From: Curvularia clavata
Lineage: Eukaryota
Direction of reading: 5' to 3'
Assembly: GCA_023920165.1 (NCBI GenBank)
Contig: CP089278.1
Coordinates: 2,728,001 to 2,792,000 of the forward strand
DNA length: 64,000 bases
The notes under the pieces are model-generated. The model made no database searches. It saw only the letters and a list, made by a program, of their open reading frames with translations, and was not told the origin of the DNA. Made by a program: the position numbers and the translations under genes. This document shows, piece after piece, positions 27,245 through 39,239 of the stretch. How positions within the stretch are numbered: the first letter of the stretch is position 1; each line of letters starts with the position of its first letter.

Positions 27245-28019
27245 GGGGTGGGAGGGAACACGTGTAGTGCGAGGATGATGCTGGATAGATGAGTTTGGAC
27301 GTATATAGGCGATAATCACCAATATCCGCCAGTTCGGACGAACATGATACACATATAAGATAATGCACGCGAATTTCAGTGTCCGCGCTTTTTGCTAGAT
27401 CTACTCAGAGGATTTATCCTACTCAGTCTCCGTTCCAGCCTTCAGGACCTCTTGTTTCTCATAAATTACCTTCAACGTCCCCACTTCAACCTCGGACAGA
27501 AATTGTCTCTCCAGCTTCGTCGCAAGGGGCACGTCGTCTCGAGACCAAGTAGCTAGTTCAAGAATGCCTGCTCAGTCAAGCAGTTATACTCCTCATTTCA
27601 CAAAGACAAGCGCAAGAAAACACAACATGAAAGGAGTATCTTCGATGTTATTACTGTACGTATCCAGAATCGGAACTGTCTACTACAAAAATCTGCCATC
27701 TACTGCATACTTTCCTCTCTCTCCCTCTCACTCAGGTCCGTCTCCAAGCGCCAGCAATGGCCAAATGAAACAACAATCACAACAACAATAAAAGGAAAAC
27801 TTTCCGCTCATTCCCATAAACGCCGTTCCTCGCTATGCTAGCTTGCTAGTAATATGGTGGAGGGGATATATACGCTTCGCTACATTACTTCATAAAATGC
27901 GGTCTTCGCTATTGGTATGGTATTGGTGAGGCCGTAAGGAAAAAAAAAGTCAATGAAAGATAAGAAAAGAAAAAGAAAGAAAAGCAGAAGGGAGCCTGAC
28001 CTAGCCCATGGTGAAGTGG

Positions 28020-30116
28020 CTAGAGCTCGCTTGCAGCACAGTGAGCGACAGGAGCCTGGAAGACGACGGGCTCCATGGCGCACGAAGCCACTTCGAGTGC
28101 GAGTGAGCTGGTGTCAGGGACCTCTTGGGCGACGACGGGGGCAGCTTGCTCTGCTGAATCCAGGAGCTCGACTGCGTCCCCGGGTTCTACAACAGGCTCG
28201 GCAGCAACGGCTTCGAGCTTGTCTGCGACCTCTGTTAGCGGTGCAGGAGCAGCAGTCTCGCGCATGCTAATGACAGTCTGAGACTCGGTGACGGTGATGG
28301 TAGAGTAAGATGTTGCCGTCATAGTTGCAGTGACTGCACTAGGCATGGGGGCAGCTACGACGTCTGTAGGCAGTTGGAGCATGTGAGCAGTAGAAGCCTC
28401 TTGTTGTATCGAGTGCATGCTCACGGTCAAGTACGCAACGGCAGCTCCGAGCAGGAGGATGACCATGTTGCGCTTGTCGCCTAGAAGAACAAGGGCGTAG
28501 TTCTTAAGAAGGGTGCTGAGTGGAACCTCGGACGACAAACGTGAGCTAGAGGCATGCTGGCGTGCAGCCTCAGCCCTCTCCTTCTCCTTGACGGCGTTCT
28601 CGAGAGCGCGGAGGCGATCGGCGACAGCGTCGGACTCGGCGAGGGCCTTGGCCTCCAACTCAAGACGAACAGCTTCTTTAGCCTCCTCCAGCTTGGCCTG
28701 GAGGTCCTCTTCAAACTTCTTCTTCTCGGCGGCCTTTTCTTCGATGCTACGTCGCAGTGCGGCAGCAGCCTCTTCGAAGCTCTTTTGTAACTCGGCCTCT
28801 TCCTGACGCTTCTTCTCATTCGCCTCCTCTTCCAGGATCTTAGTCTTAGCAGCGGCTTCTTGAATCTGCCGTTGGAGTTCGATGGTGTACTGCTGCTTGC
28901 GCTTGTCTGCCTCGAGCTCCTCGCGTGCTCGCTTCTCCAACGTCTTGCGGACTTCTTCTGGAATCCAGGGGTGGATCTCAACATCACAGCGTTCCATGTC
29001 GTTCCAGCACGCACCCCATGCCGCAGCACGCATCAGTCCGTTGGCAGCGTAGATTTTGATATCCCATTTCCTTGTGCCTGCACCGATGCCCTTGCCTGGC
29101 TTCTTAAGCTGGCGGTGGCAGTCAATGCACATGCTGTGGTCGCCGTTGGCAGATGTATTGCTGCCCTCGGTAAGAGTTCCTCCACTCATGCGGCTGCCCC
29201 GTCCTGTGTTCTCGTCACCAATGCTCGCTGTGTCGTCGTCATCCTCCCTGTCATCGTCGTCCTCGGGCGGCACAAAGTGTCCGCAAGGAAGCAGTCGGGG
29301 TGTCTTGAGCTCAAGGCTCTCCAGAATGCGTTCTTCGAGCAGATCGTACTCGTCTCTCGGGTGGGGGATGAGAAGACCACGGCGCATCAGAATGATGTCC
29401 TGCAACTTCTCCTCGAGGAGCTTGTAGTTCTCGACTAGCCATTCAGGCATAATCCTTGCCATGATATCGTGCGAGTAGGGTAGCTGCATGGGCAGGATGG
29501 TAACGTGCAGCAGAACCAGTGGAGCTTGCTGTGGAACAGGCATGGGCCTTGGACTGTGAGGTTCCCTTATGCTCCTCCTCCGGGAGCCAGAGTGTCTTGA
29601 ACCCGGTGTTTCCGCTCCGGCATTTCTGTTGGGCGTAGTCAACTTGTACGAGGCCTTGAGTCGCTCGTGCGAAGACTGGTGTGCTAGCAGTGGTGGAGGC
29701 GAAGACATTTGCATTGCGCGTACAGAGTCTGAGTTTCGGAATCGTGGGCGCTCTTTGCGAGCTCGTGCGCCAGCTTCATTAGCTGGCAGGATGACGGGCT
29801 TTGAGGTTATGGACGACTCGGAGGGAATGGCCGAAACGAAACTATAGTGTGACGACATGCGTTGCTGTGAGCCGGGCCGTGACGTGTAGGAGCTTCGGTA
29901 GGGCTGTGGCTCGTCGTCGGGCTCTTGAGATTGCTGCTGTTGCTGGAGCTCGATGCTGTGTACAACGTCGTTGGGGAAAGAGCGCTCAGAGTGAAAAGAA
30001 TCGCCTTCTTCATAGATGTCGGAGGGAGACAAGGGTTCGCGATCCTGTGGGTCCTCGTAGACGGCAAAAGAGGTAAGGCCTGCCGGCTGGGGGGCGGGGT
30101 GGTGCATGGTAGTCAT
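28020..30116 (-). CDS. Hypothetical protein with globular core, long coiled coil and one C-terminal-proximal TM helix
   Basis: 698-aa intronless ORF with coding-like codon bias; core 'PLVLLHVTILP...RGLLIPHPRDEYDLLEERILESLEL...WDIKIYAANGLMRA'; E/K/A-rich heptads; hydrophobic 'MVILLLGAAVAYLTV'. Confidence 0.85.
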   Translation of the reverse strand: MTTMHHPAPQPAGLTSFAVYEDPQDREPLSPSDIYEEGDSFHSERSFPNDVVHSIELQQQQQSQEPDDEPQPYRSSYTSRPGSQQRMSSHYSFVSAIPSESSITSKPVILPANEAGARARKERPRFRNSDSVRAMQMSSPPPLLAHQSSHERLKASYKLTTPNRNAGAETPGSRHSGSRRRSIREPHSPRPMPVPQQAPLVLLHVTILPMQLPYSHDIMARIMPEWLVENYKLLEEKLQDIILMRRGLLIPHPRDEYDLLEERILESLELKTPRLLPCGHFVPPEDDDDREDDDDTASIGDENTGRGSRMSGGTLTEGSNTSANGDHSMCIDCHRQLKKPGKGIGAGTRKWDIKIYAANGLMRAAAWGACWNDMERCDVEIHPWIPEEVRKTLEKRAREELEADKRKQQYTIELQRQIQEAAAKTKILEEEANEKKRQEEAELQKSFEEAAAALRRSIEEKAAEKKKFEEDLQAKLEEAKEAVRLELEAKALAESDAVADRLRALENAVKEKERAEAARQHASSSRLSSEVPLSTLLKNYALVLLGDKRNMVILLLGAAVAYLTVSMHSIQQEASTAHMLQLPTDVVAAPMPSAVTATMTATSYSTITVTESQTVISMRETAAPAPLTEVADKLEAVAAEPVVEPGDAVELLDSAEQAAPVVAQEVPDTSSLALEVASCAMEPVVFQAPVAHCAASEL

Positions 30117-31075
30117 AGCGGCTGGCCTCTGCTCGTTGCTGGTACGACTGTAAGAGAGGCGGATGCAAAGGCAGGCTCAGTGCTGGCGGGTGGGCAGGTG
30201 TTTCTTTACTGAGGGAAAGTGAGGCAAGAAGAGGCCAGGGATGCCATTGTGAATTTCAGTGCGATGCAGCGCTTGAGTGCGTGGTCACTCGACGGGTACA
30301 CTCTGGCGAGGTTGGGACACTAGTGGGATGCGCTGGCGACGTGTCAGAAGAGTGCTGGCGATTGTTTACCTCACCGACAGTCTCAGTGGGGCCGCAGGAG
30401 TGGGCGTAGCCGCATCAGTATGCTAAACGGCACGTAGCCTCTCCCAGCCCCATAGTTTCCCTGCCACTCTGCACCAGCGTACCCATCTGTTTGCTGGTCA
30501 CGCACATGGACGCACATGAACCATTGGTCTTTGACAGCATGCAGCCCTCTGTCGATGCGCCTATGCAGCCTCAGGTTGCAACAGCTCGACGGAATCCTTG
30601 GACCCTTTGTTGTAGGCGCCGCTGGCGAGGGGCACGAGGCTTCGGCCCGTGCCTAGAAAGCCCCGAGAAATAGACACACATAGAGCATATCAGTCACGTG
30701 ACGTGCCCCTCACCACATGCTATTCGCACCTACCACCATCGCCGCACACCGTAATATCAAACTCCACGATTCCTTGTCCTTTGCCCCGTCTCGAGTAAAG
30801 GGGCTGGCCAATGGTCTGGCCATGGCCAGTCAAAGCAACTAGCACACCGCCGCACGCGTCACGCGCACATACACACAAGTACACAGATTGTCCGCTGCAC
30901 ACGCAAATGTTGAGCGTTGAATGTTGAGTGCTGACATGGACAAATGATACACGGCGCGAGCAACTACAGCACAAATCAAAAGCAAATACAAGACAAGATT
31001 TCGTCTCTTGCTAGTAATCGCATGCACATGCCTCTAAATGAAGACTCTTTCGCTTTCCATATCTGCAACATTGCT

Positions 31076-34000
31076 TTACAACTCGTCCTTCTCCTTGCTC
31101 TTCTCGGCCGCCTTGTCAAGTGCCGCAACAATGTCCTCCGCGCTTGCGTCCTCGCCCATGTTCAACTGCTTCAAGATACGGCCCTTCTCCTCACTCTTCT
31201 CGCCCTTGTTTCCGAGGCTCTTGAGAGTAGCCTCGTCGGCGTTGATACCCGCCTTCTTGAGCGCCTCCTGCAGCCTTTCCTCGCTTGCGCCCTTGGTGGC
31301 CTTTTCAGTTTGCTTGGTACTGCCCTTGGTCTTGGTCGCAGCCTTCTTAGCCTTCTTGGTCTTGTTCTTTGGCTTGGTCGTCTTGGAATCTTCCCGCTTC
31401 GGCGGCTTGAAGTGCCTCATCTTCTTCACCATCATCTCCATAACCACGTCATCCAACTTCTTCTTCTCTGCCTGAACCTCCTTCGCACTAAAAGCAGGGT
31501 CGTCCGTCTCACTGAGCTTGCTCTGCTTGGCCTCGTTCTCGTCCATCCAGGCCTGAGCCTTAGCAGCAGCATCCTGGACAGCTTTCAGATCAGACTCGGT
31601 GTAGATGGTGGGTACTTCAGTAATCTCAGGCTTGGCGGGCGCTTCCTCATCATCGTCGAGTTCATCCATAGCATCTGTCGACGACGGTGATGCCGACGCC
31701 TGAGCGACAGCCTCGCTACTCTTAGAGCTCTCGGCTATTTGCGTCTTGATTTGGCTGTCGACAAGTTGCTCGACTTCCTTGATGTGGGCGATGGTCTCTT
31801 TGAGATCCTTGACAGCCTCTGGCCGCTTGGATGCTTCACTCTTGCGGTTGAGAATAGGCTTGACGATATCCTCGAGTTCCTTGAGCTTGCTTCGGAGCGT
31901 TTGCTCATCAGCGTCTGCACCTTCAGAATAGAGCCAGTCTGAGGCAGCACCAAGCTTCTCTTCAAGAGTAGAGCGAACCTCCGAAGTGGAAACGGCGATG
32001 AATGAGTCGTCCTCGAGGTAGTCGCGCGCACGGTATGTAAAGGCTTCCAACGAGTTCAGAACCTCTTCACGAGCGCGACGAGACTTATCAGATGAGTCAA
32101 AAGCGGCAAGCCTGTTTGTGTTAATCTTCGAAAGAAAAAAAGTGCAAAATGTCGTTGAACAAGCTTACCTGTCCTGCATCCTCTTGAACTCCTTACGAGG
32201 TACTTTCTTGTAACCCAACTCAGTAACGTCGTAGGTATGAGCAGACTTGACGACCTTGATCTTCTTCTCAGGAGCTTTAGCAGCGTCGGTGCTCTCAGCA
32301 TCAGCAGATGAGGACGACGAGGCAGAAGCAGAAGAAGATGAAGAGCTGGATGAAGATGAAGAAGAGCCGTCGCCATCTTTCAGGGCCTCTTGGTCCTTCT
32401 TGCCGCCCATGCCGAACAAGTTCTTGACGCCATCAACAATGCCAGCCTTGGGCTCTTCGGATTCAGTTTCACAGGTGACCCAGGCAGAGAGAATCTCAGG
32501 GGTGCCAGTGATAGGGCTCAGTCTGACCTTGACATAGTTGTTGAAAGTCTCACGGTCACACTTTTCTTCATCAATCAACTTCGTGACGACCCTGGTCAAG
32601 TTGCCACTCTTGAAGTGAAGAGTAGGCTCCTTTGTGATGTCTCCGTTTGCTCCAGGTACAGCCTGATACATGGTGAACTCAAACTCTCCCATCATCTGGA
32701 AAGGCAGGTCCTTGGTCGTGCCAATCTTGGTGTTGGGGGTGAAAATCTTTTGGTCGCGATCCTTCATGTTAAACATGTACTCGTAGCCGTGGTTGTAGCC
32801 CTGGGTATCCGACTCGCGAATCTCCTTGACACGGAAGGACGGGCTCAAGCTAGCGGCCTTGAAGGCAGCACCAAAAACAGCGGCTTCATCAGAGTTGACA
32901 TTGGCCCTGATTTTGCCCTTGCCAGCAATTGCCTCAAGACGAGCTTGAACAAAGGGAGTACGGCTTGCGCCACCATGGACAATGACAGAATCAACGTCGG
33001 CAAGAGTAAGACCAGCAGCTTCAAGAGCTCGGTTGATGGGGCCATCAACACGTTCGGCATAGGCTGCGGCAAGCTCTTCAAACTTGGCACGGGTGAGCTT
33101 ATACCTGAAGTCTACGTCCTCGTAAAAACTCTCGAAGAAAGCAGACGTGTCCTTGTTGGCGCTGAGCATCTGTCGGACCCTTTCCGCCTCCTTGAACAAC
33201 TTAGCGGCGGTGCGTCCATGAGCTTTAACACTCTCGGCCGTGATAGACGCGCTCTTTGCCGCGGGAAGCTCAGTAAACGTGGAAACCATGTCGTCAACAA
33301 TAAGGGAGTTCAACGCATCACCTCCAAGCGTCCTGTCCCATCCGGTACCCATGACCTGTACTTCCTGGATCGTCTTGTTTCGCTTGCCAACATCCTTGAC
33401 TGAACGGCCCTGGAATTTGAGGATGGTTGCAGATGCTGAACCAGCGCCCATGTCGAATACCATGTTGATTTCCGGCTTGCCATCTTTGGTGACGTCGGGA
33501 AACGTCCTGCCTGTGGCATAGTTGAGACCAACAGCCAAACCATCAGACACAATGCTGAGGACCTTGAGGCCCGCCAGGCGTGATGCAACTTCCAATGCGC
33601 GTCTTTCAGCAACAGTGTAGAAAGCTGGAACAGTAAAAACGACCTCTTGAACCTCGTATCCCTTGCTTGCCATGGCCTTTGCGTTCTCCCTGACATTCTT
33701 CAGTTCCATAGCCAGTAGCTCCTCAACCGTGTATGATTTATCCTCGGCGAACACATGGCTCTCGAAGCTGACTGTCGGGCGTCCACTCGTGGGTGTAATC
33801 TCGAGTGCCGGGTATCTTTCCTTGTATGTGGTAACAATTTCTTTCTCGCTCGATACACCCAGTAGGTGCTTCAAGTTGGGGTAAACATCGCCAGGGAATC
33901 GTGCCTGTAGCGCAATCGCATCGCCACCGTAGAAGCGTTCAGGATAGGAGCCAGCAGGGAGGGCACCGCCTTTGGACGGCTTGAAGGCGACAGCTGCTGT

Positions 34001-34201
34001 TTCCTTTCGTTTTGAGTCCTTTGTAAGGACAATCTCGAGAGGGTTACCTGGCTTCACCAGGGCAGCCTTGATGTATTCGGTACCCAGGTCAACACCGATG
34101 ATGGCCGATGCAGCGGAGGCGGTTGAAGAGAAGAGGAACGCGAGGCCGAGGAGAATGGTTGCGGGCGAGAGATGGCCTCTCCGGCGTCCGGGAGGCGCCA
34201 T
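31076..34201 (-). CDS. LHS1: ER lumenal Hsp70 / nucleotide-exchange factor Lhs1 (Grp170/HYOU1); exons 34201-32169, 32111-31076
   Basis: Signal peptide after 'MAPPGRRR'; 'GVDLGTEYIKAALVKPG', 'FDMGAGS', 'VHGGASRTPFVQ', 'NSDEAAVFGA'; C-terminal KDEL; intron 32168-32112. Confidence 0.95.
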
Positions 34202-34519
34202 GGTGTGTGAGGGAAGAGGCAATGGGTCGCTGACCGCAGGCGCGGGATGCTCGAAGTGGGATGTGCGGGCTCCGCAGGGCACAGGTAGTATATAGCGTGG
34301 AAGACGGGGGAGGGTATCGAAGCGAACAGAAGAAGAGAGAAACAAAGGGAGTCTATCTCAATAAAAAGCGGTGAGAAAAGACGTTGGTAGAACCCGTGGT
34401 TCACAAAACGTGGAAGTGGGTGGTGGACTCGTAGTAAAATGCAGCCAAGAGGTCCCTGGTTTAGAACTATTTGACACCTGGTCTTTCTCAAAAGGCCAGC
34501 TTGACGTTTGAGCACCAAC

Positions 34520-34527
34520 CCACGTCA
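34520..34527 (-). promoter_or_regulatory. Candidate UPR element (TGACGTGG) upstream of LHS1
   Basis: TGACGTGG on the minus strand ~320 nt upstream of an ER-chaperone start; matches the XBP1/Hac1-type UPRE core. Confidence 0.45.
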
Positions 34528-34866
34528 CAGGTTAACAATTAATTTCATGCAAGGCTAAATTCCCCGCCGCCTAGTTCATTTTAGAAAAAGACACATTTGG
34601 TTTTATCTTCCGTCTATAGGGCTGAGCACTCGATGCGGCGATTGTCGACATCCTTGGGTTATCCAGCCAATCACGACGCCAGGAAGCACGTCTTCGCCGC
34701 ATTCTACGTCAGCGACACTCTCGGCCGTGTGAGCTGCAATTGCGCTCCGTCCTCATTGTGCTCTACATATGCCTTGAATAACTTGCACTTTCGCCGAGAC
34801 GTGACTCGGTCAATCGTGATAGCGTGTCCTTTCATCTGTGTGTGATCTGTGTGTAGTGCCGGTCCA

Positions 34867-36184
34867 TCATATCCCACGGTTAAACTCCACTAAGCCATCC
34901 TTGCCGCCCCGATCGTGAAACTCAGGCTCCAGAGATTTTGCACTAACAGCCTGGCGTTGCGGAAATGCAGCGAGAGCAAGCGGCAACGCGAAGATAGAAG
35001 TGGTGAAAATAAGACCTGTTTTGGGTTAGTGGGTACCATCATGCTGTTGCCTACGCTTTCGACTTACCCAAGTTGATCGGAGTCACCATTCTCGGCCTCT
35101 GCTTGAGCCACTCTGTCTTCTGTAACCTAACAAGAGCAAGAGGCGGCAGCACCATGATGGGTGTAGCATTGAGCACTCGGCTCAGTGCCGTCTCCCCAAC
35201 AGCAAGTGTTGCGGCTTTCCTGCTTTTACCCAGAGGTTTGACCTCAAGGTCGCCAGTTTCCACTCTATGCCTGTCGACTTCCGAGAGCGCCGGGTAGACG
35301 TCAATGCCCTGCCTAATCTCTTCTCCACGCATGAGGAAGACATTGAGCGCTCCTGCTGTAGCGACAGCTGCGAACGGCACCAGACGCCCCGCAATGAGTT
35401 TGGCATTGGGCGATAAGCTCTTGAGGCGGGGTACTAGGGCGTTAAGGCCAACGGCAACACCACAAGATGCGCTGACGGCAAGCAGATATGACTTGACGAT
35501 GGTCGAGGTCGAGAGAGGGATCGACTTGTTCGCGTTGGAAAAATTAATTCCGACATTGACTGACTGGTTCGTCACCTGCCATGCGAGCGTCCCGGCTGTC
35601 TGCTTCTGCTCAGTATACTGTCTGCTCAATCCAACACAGGCTTACATACCCCGAGGCCTGGTGTGAGCATGCCCGCCGTAACGACCAGGTTCGTCAGGAC
35701 GAAGCAGGACATGCGAAAGGGCAGGAAGACTGGCTTTCCCGTATCTTAAACTCTGTCAGCGCCCATCTCCCCTCATTATACAGTGACTCCAGTAAAGTAG
35801 TACCTGGATGAATTGTGGAGTCAATGATCTTCTTTGCGTTCCAGAGCTCCGGTGTCATTTCCGCAATTTTGCCCGTCTTGTAAGCGGTGACCAGCTTCTT
35901 CGCATTTTCGAGGCCCGCGGCGGATGTGAGTAACGTCCTGCATCACGCATGGTTAACTCAGGATTCACTAGAAAACGTCGCGCGCCGAGATGAATAGAAG
36001 GGCAGTTGAGAAACTAAAGGTAGTGGTACTCACCACACCCAAGTCGCGCAGAGAAATCCATTCGATGCGCAATGTCTCACCTAGGGTCTGAAATATTGGC
36101 AGAGTGCCGCACGCGACCCCAGTATGTGCTGAGGTCGAATTGCGACACTGGCAAGTCGCGGTTGCCAGGCAGAGAAGACGTCAT
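34867..36184 (-). CDS. FSF1: Mitochondrial sideroflexin (tricarboxylate carrier family); exons 36184-36081, 35937-35804, 35744-35650, 35599-35068, 35015-34867
   Basis: Spliced motifs 'FDLSTYWGRVRH', 'DPRTLL', 'STIHPDTGKPVFLPFRMS', 'WQVTNQSVNVGINFSNAN', 'FLMRGEEIRQGI', 'EFNRGI*'; four canonical introns. Confidence 0.93.
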
Positions 36185-36573
36185 GTCGCCAAGTACACAA
36201 TGTGCCACGCCGCAATGGGAATACAAGAATTCGTGGAGAGAGCGTGAGTCGTGTGGATAAATGTAGGCCTGACGATATCGGCACCGATGCGCGCGGGAAC
36301 TAGCCGTAAGCGCGATGACTGTAATTTTTGTGGCGCGACTCTAAGTCGACCGTAGAAACCAGAATCTACATCAACATTTGTCTAGAGTGATATAAAGCTC
36401 GAATGCGTACATGCAAAAACGCAGCAAGAATTACAAAAGCCCTCCTATAATTTTTCATCATACAATTGCCAAGCATTATGCAGTATCAACAAATAGCACC
36501 AAAACTCGGGAAAAAAAAAACTCTACACATGGGCAATGCTGCATCATGACAGCCCTTCAGTGCTACTACTTGC

Positions 36574-39239
36574 TCATTTCTTCTTCTTCTTCGACTGTGG
36601 ACTTGACGGCGAAGTTCCTAGTATAGCATCGAATGTTTTACTCGGGTCGCTGCTCGATTCGGGTCTTCCCACTGGCGAACCAGTAGATATGGGTGGAGCA
36701 ACACCAGGGGGCAATGGGAGCGCTTCCAACCCAAGATTCATGACACTTTCACGGCGTCTGTCGGGGCTCTGGGATCGGTTGCGGATGCTGGCCGCTGAAG
36801 GGTCGAGCAGACCAGGAGGAGGTGGCAGGAGCGAAGCGTGTCCATTCAACTCTTGCATAGCAGCATTCAACAGCGTATCATCGGCTGCCCAAATTTGCGC
36901 CTTCTTCCAGCAATGAGATCGCCGGAAGACACCTTCCACTCCGTGTTCGACAATGTCCGCGGGTAAGCTAACCACTTGTGCGCCTCCTGCAACACCGAAC
37001 CAAGTGCGTGTTCGGGTCGTATCCTCCCGGGCCCACGGTACACCGCTACGAGGTACCTCGCACAGGAAATACTCGACACCCTCGGTGTATCTGACACCGG
37101 GGGCATCAACGACCAGCATGGGAAGCGACTGAATGACTGCATAGAGGAACAGCCATTGTCCGGTACGCAAATCCCACAGGTCATCTAGCGAAGAGCCAGC
37201 AGCTTGCTTGGACTCAAATACACGGAAGGCATCCAGGAAAGGTGTTTGCTGCTCTGCATCGGCATTGTGCGACTGTTTGAGCAGCTTGGGAATCTCGTCT
37301 TTAGAGATCTTTTTTCCCCGCGCTTTCGCATCCTGCTTTGCGTTTCCTGTGTTCGTGCTTGGTAGCGTTGGGTATAGCGGTAGATCAAAGGGTACGGGTG
37401 GCTGAACAGGCGGGGTACTGCGGTCGTACTCGCTCAGAACTTTTCTGAGCGTACGTGCAACAATGGATTCGAGGTCTGTGCCTTCATCCTCGGCAATGAA
37501 GCCATCTGCCGTGCGATTTGTCAGGTTCTTCCTGTTCACAAGAAGGTCATATAGACTCGACATGTCGCGGTATATCTCCAATAGTACAATTCGGTTGAGA
37601 CCGCTTGTTGTGAGATCGTTCTTCTTAGACTTGGCCTTGGGCAGCCATGAGCCATATTTGTGTCTATAGTAGTCCAGAATAAACGACCGAGTTGTGTTGA
37701 AAGCCGCCCTCCACTTCTTGAAACTGATGACCTTGCCCTCCGAGGCCATGGCGCTGTTCATAATTCCAGAGAAAATGGCCGGGAACTCAAAGTCTTTCAA
37801 TTTGCCGTTGATGGTAGCCTCTCGGTTGTCAAGATCCATGGCGGCACGCTGGAGTCGCGTTGCAGTCTTGGGGCTGATCATGGCGAATTTGGGGGAATTG
37901 TATTCCTTTATGCTGTCATATTTGCCAGCGGCATGAACGAAGCCTTCGGTGTAAAGTGCCATGGAGCGCAGCTTTTCACCAAGCACAATGGCTTCTATAG
38001 TCTTTTCGCGGCTATAACGCACGTCGCCGAGGGCTAGTTCATCAACATAACAGTCGAAGCTTGAGGCAGCGACTTCACCAAAAGCAGATCCATCGACGTT
38101 GGAGAAGGCATAGTGGGATAGGATGTCTCCTATTCGCATAAAAATGTCGAAGATGTCTGAATGGCGCTCAGTTGCGACTAGCGATTGCCCAATGAGGAAT
38201 GCAAAAAAGTTGCGGTAAGTGACCAAGGTGTCAATGTCTTTGGTGTCAAGCTGGTGCTCCTGCGGTGTGATGGCAGAGTCTGAACTCAGGGCAATGGGCA
38301 TATACAGATGCTTCTCCGAGTAGTCATCTTCAACGGCGTCGCTGAGTGCCCGGGAACCTTTGGACTCGTCGGAGCTTCCTATTTGGCTTTGGTCGGGAGA
38401 CGCAGTTCTAGACTGGTCAGGATATGGTTCGCGCGACACACGGCGTGACGTGCGTTCGGCCAGTTCGAGTGGAGGGACGGCATTGGCGTCACTGTACAGG
38501 CTGCCGTGCACGAGGCGAGTCAGCAGCTGGGAAGCTGCATAGACTGACGAGTCGATGCGGAAGGAAGCGCCTTTGTCTGAAGTCCGGGGAAAGAGATAGA
38601 CAAACGTATCTCCAGTTTCGTCCCACAGCTCGGGCACCTATTGTCATGTCAGCATACCCAGCACCGCTGTTGTGAACAGCACCAGTAGCCTACCTTTTCG
38701 CCCTTCAGCAAGGCCTTCAGGTCGTATGGAACCTTGCCCTTGTGGCCAACAATCCATGCGGGGGGGTTTCCCGCCGCATTTCCTGGCTCGCTCGGATCGG
38801 CTCCGTTGGCCGGGCCGCCACCAAACAACATGCTTTTTCTACGCAACTTTTTCAGCCTGCCCTCCGGATTTGGGTCTAAGCTTGAGGTAGAGGCCCGGCT
38901 ATTGGCCGGGCTTGATGGTCGCGAAGCCACATCAAGCAATGGTGGCGGCTCGAGGGGCTCCAGATCGGCAGGGACGACTGGGTGGAGGGTGTCGTTGGCG
39001 GCAAGGGCAGCCTGGTTCGGCGACTTGGGAGACTTGGGCGCTGCTGCGTGGTCTGGCGCGAGGTGTGTTGCCGACGAGATGCGGTTGCGAACTTTGGCGA
39101 GGCGGTTGGGTTCTGATGTCGGCGCAGGACTGGTCTTGATAGATGCTGAGGATGCGGCGTCGGACGTGGACGTGGACGAGGATCCAACTGAGAAGAGACT
39201 CGACAGCCGGTGGCTCGCCTTCTTCTTTTCGCCCAGCAT
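36574..39239 (-). CDS. Hypothetical protein with a disordered S/P-rich N-terminus; exons 39239-38694, 38637-36574
   Basis: Two long ORFs joined in frame by GTAGGC..CTGAC..TAG intron 38693-38638; globular segments 'ELWDETGDTFVYL', 'LYTEGFVHAAG', 'WLFLYAVIQSLP'; basic C-terminus. Confidence 0.85.

Noticed and set aside
32390..33403. 337-aa antisense ORF within LHS1
   Set aside because: Shadow of sense-strand codon bias, common in Hsp70-family genes.
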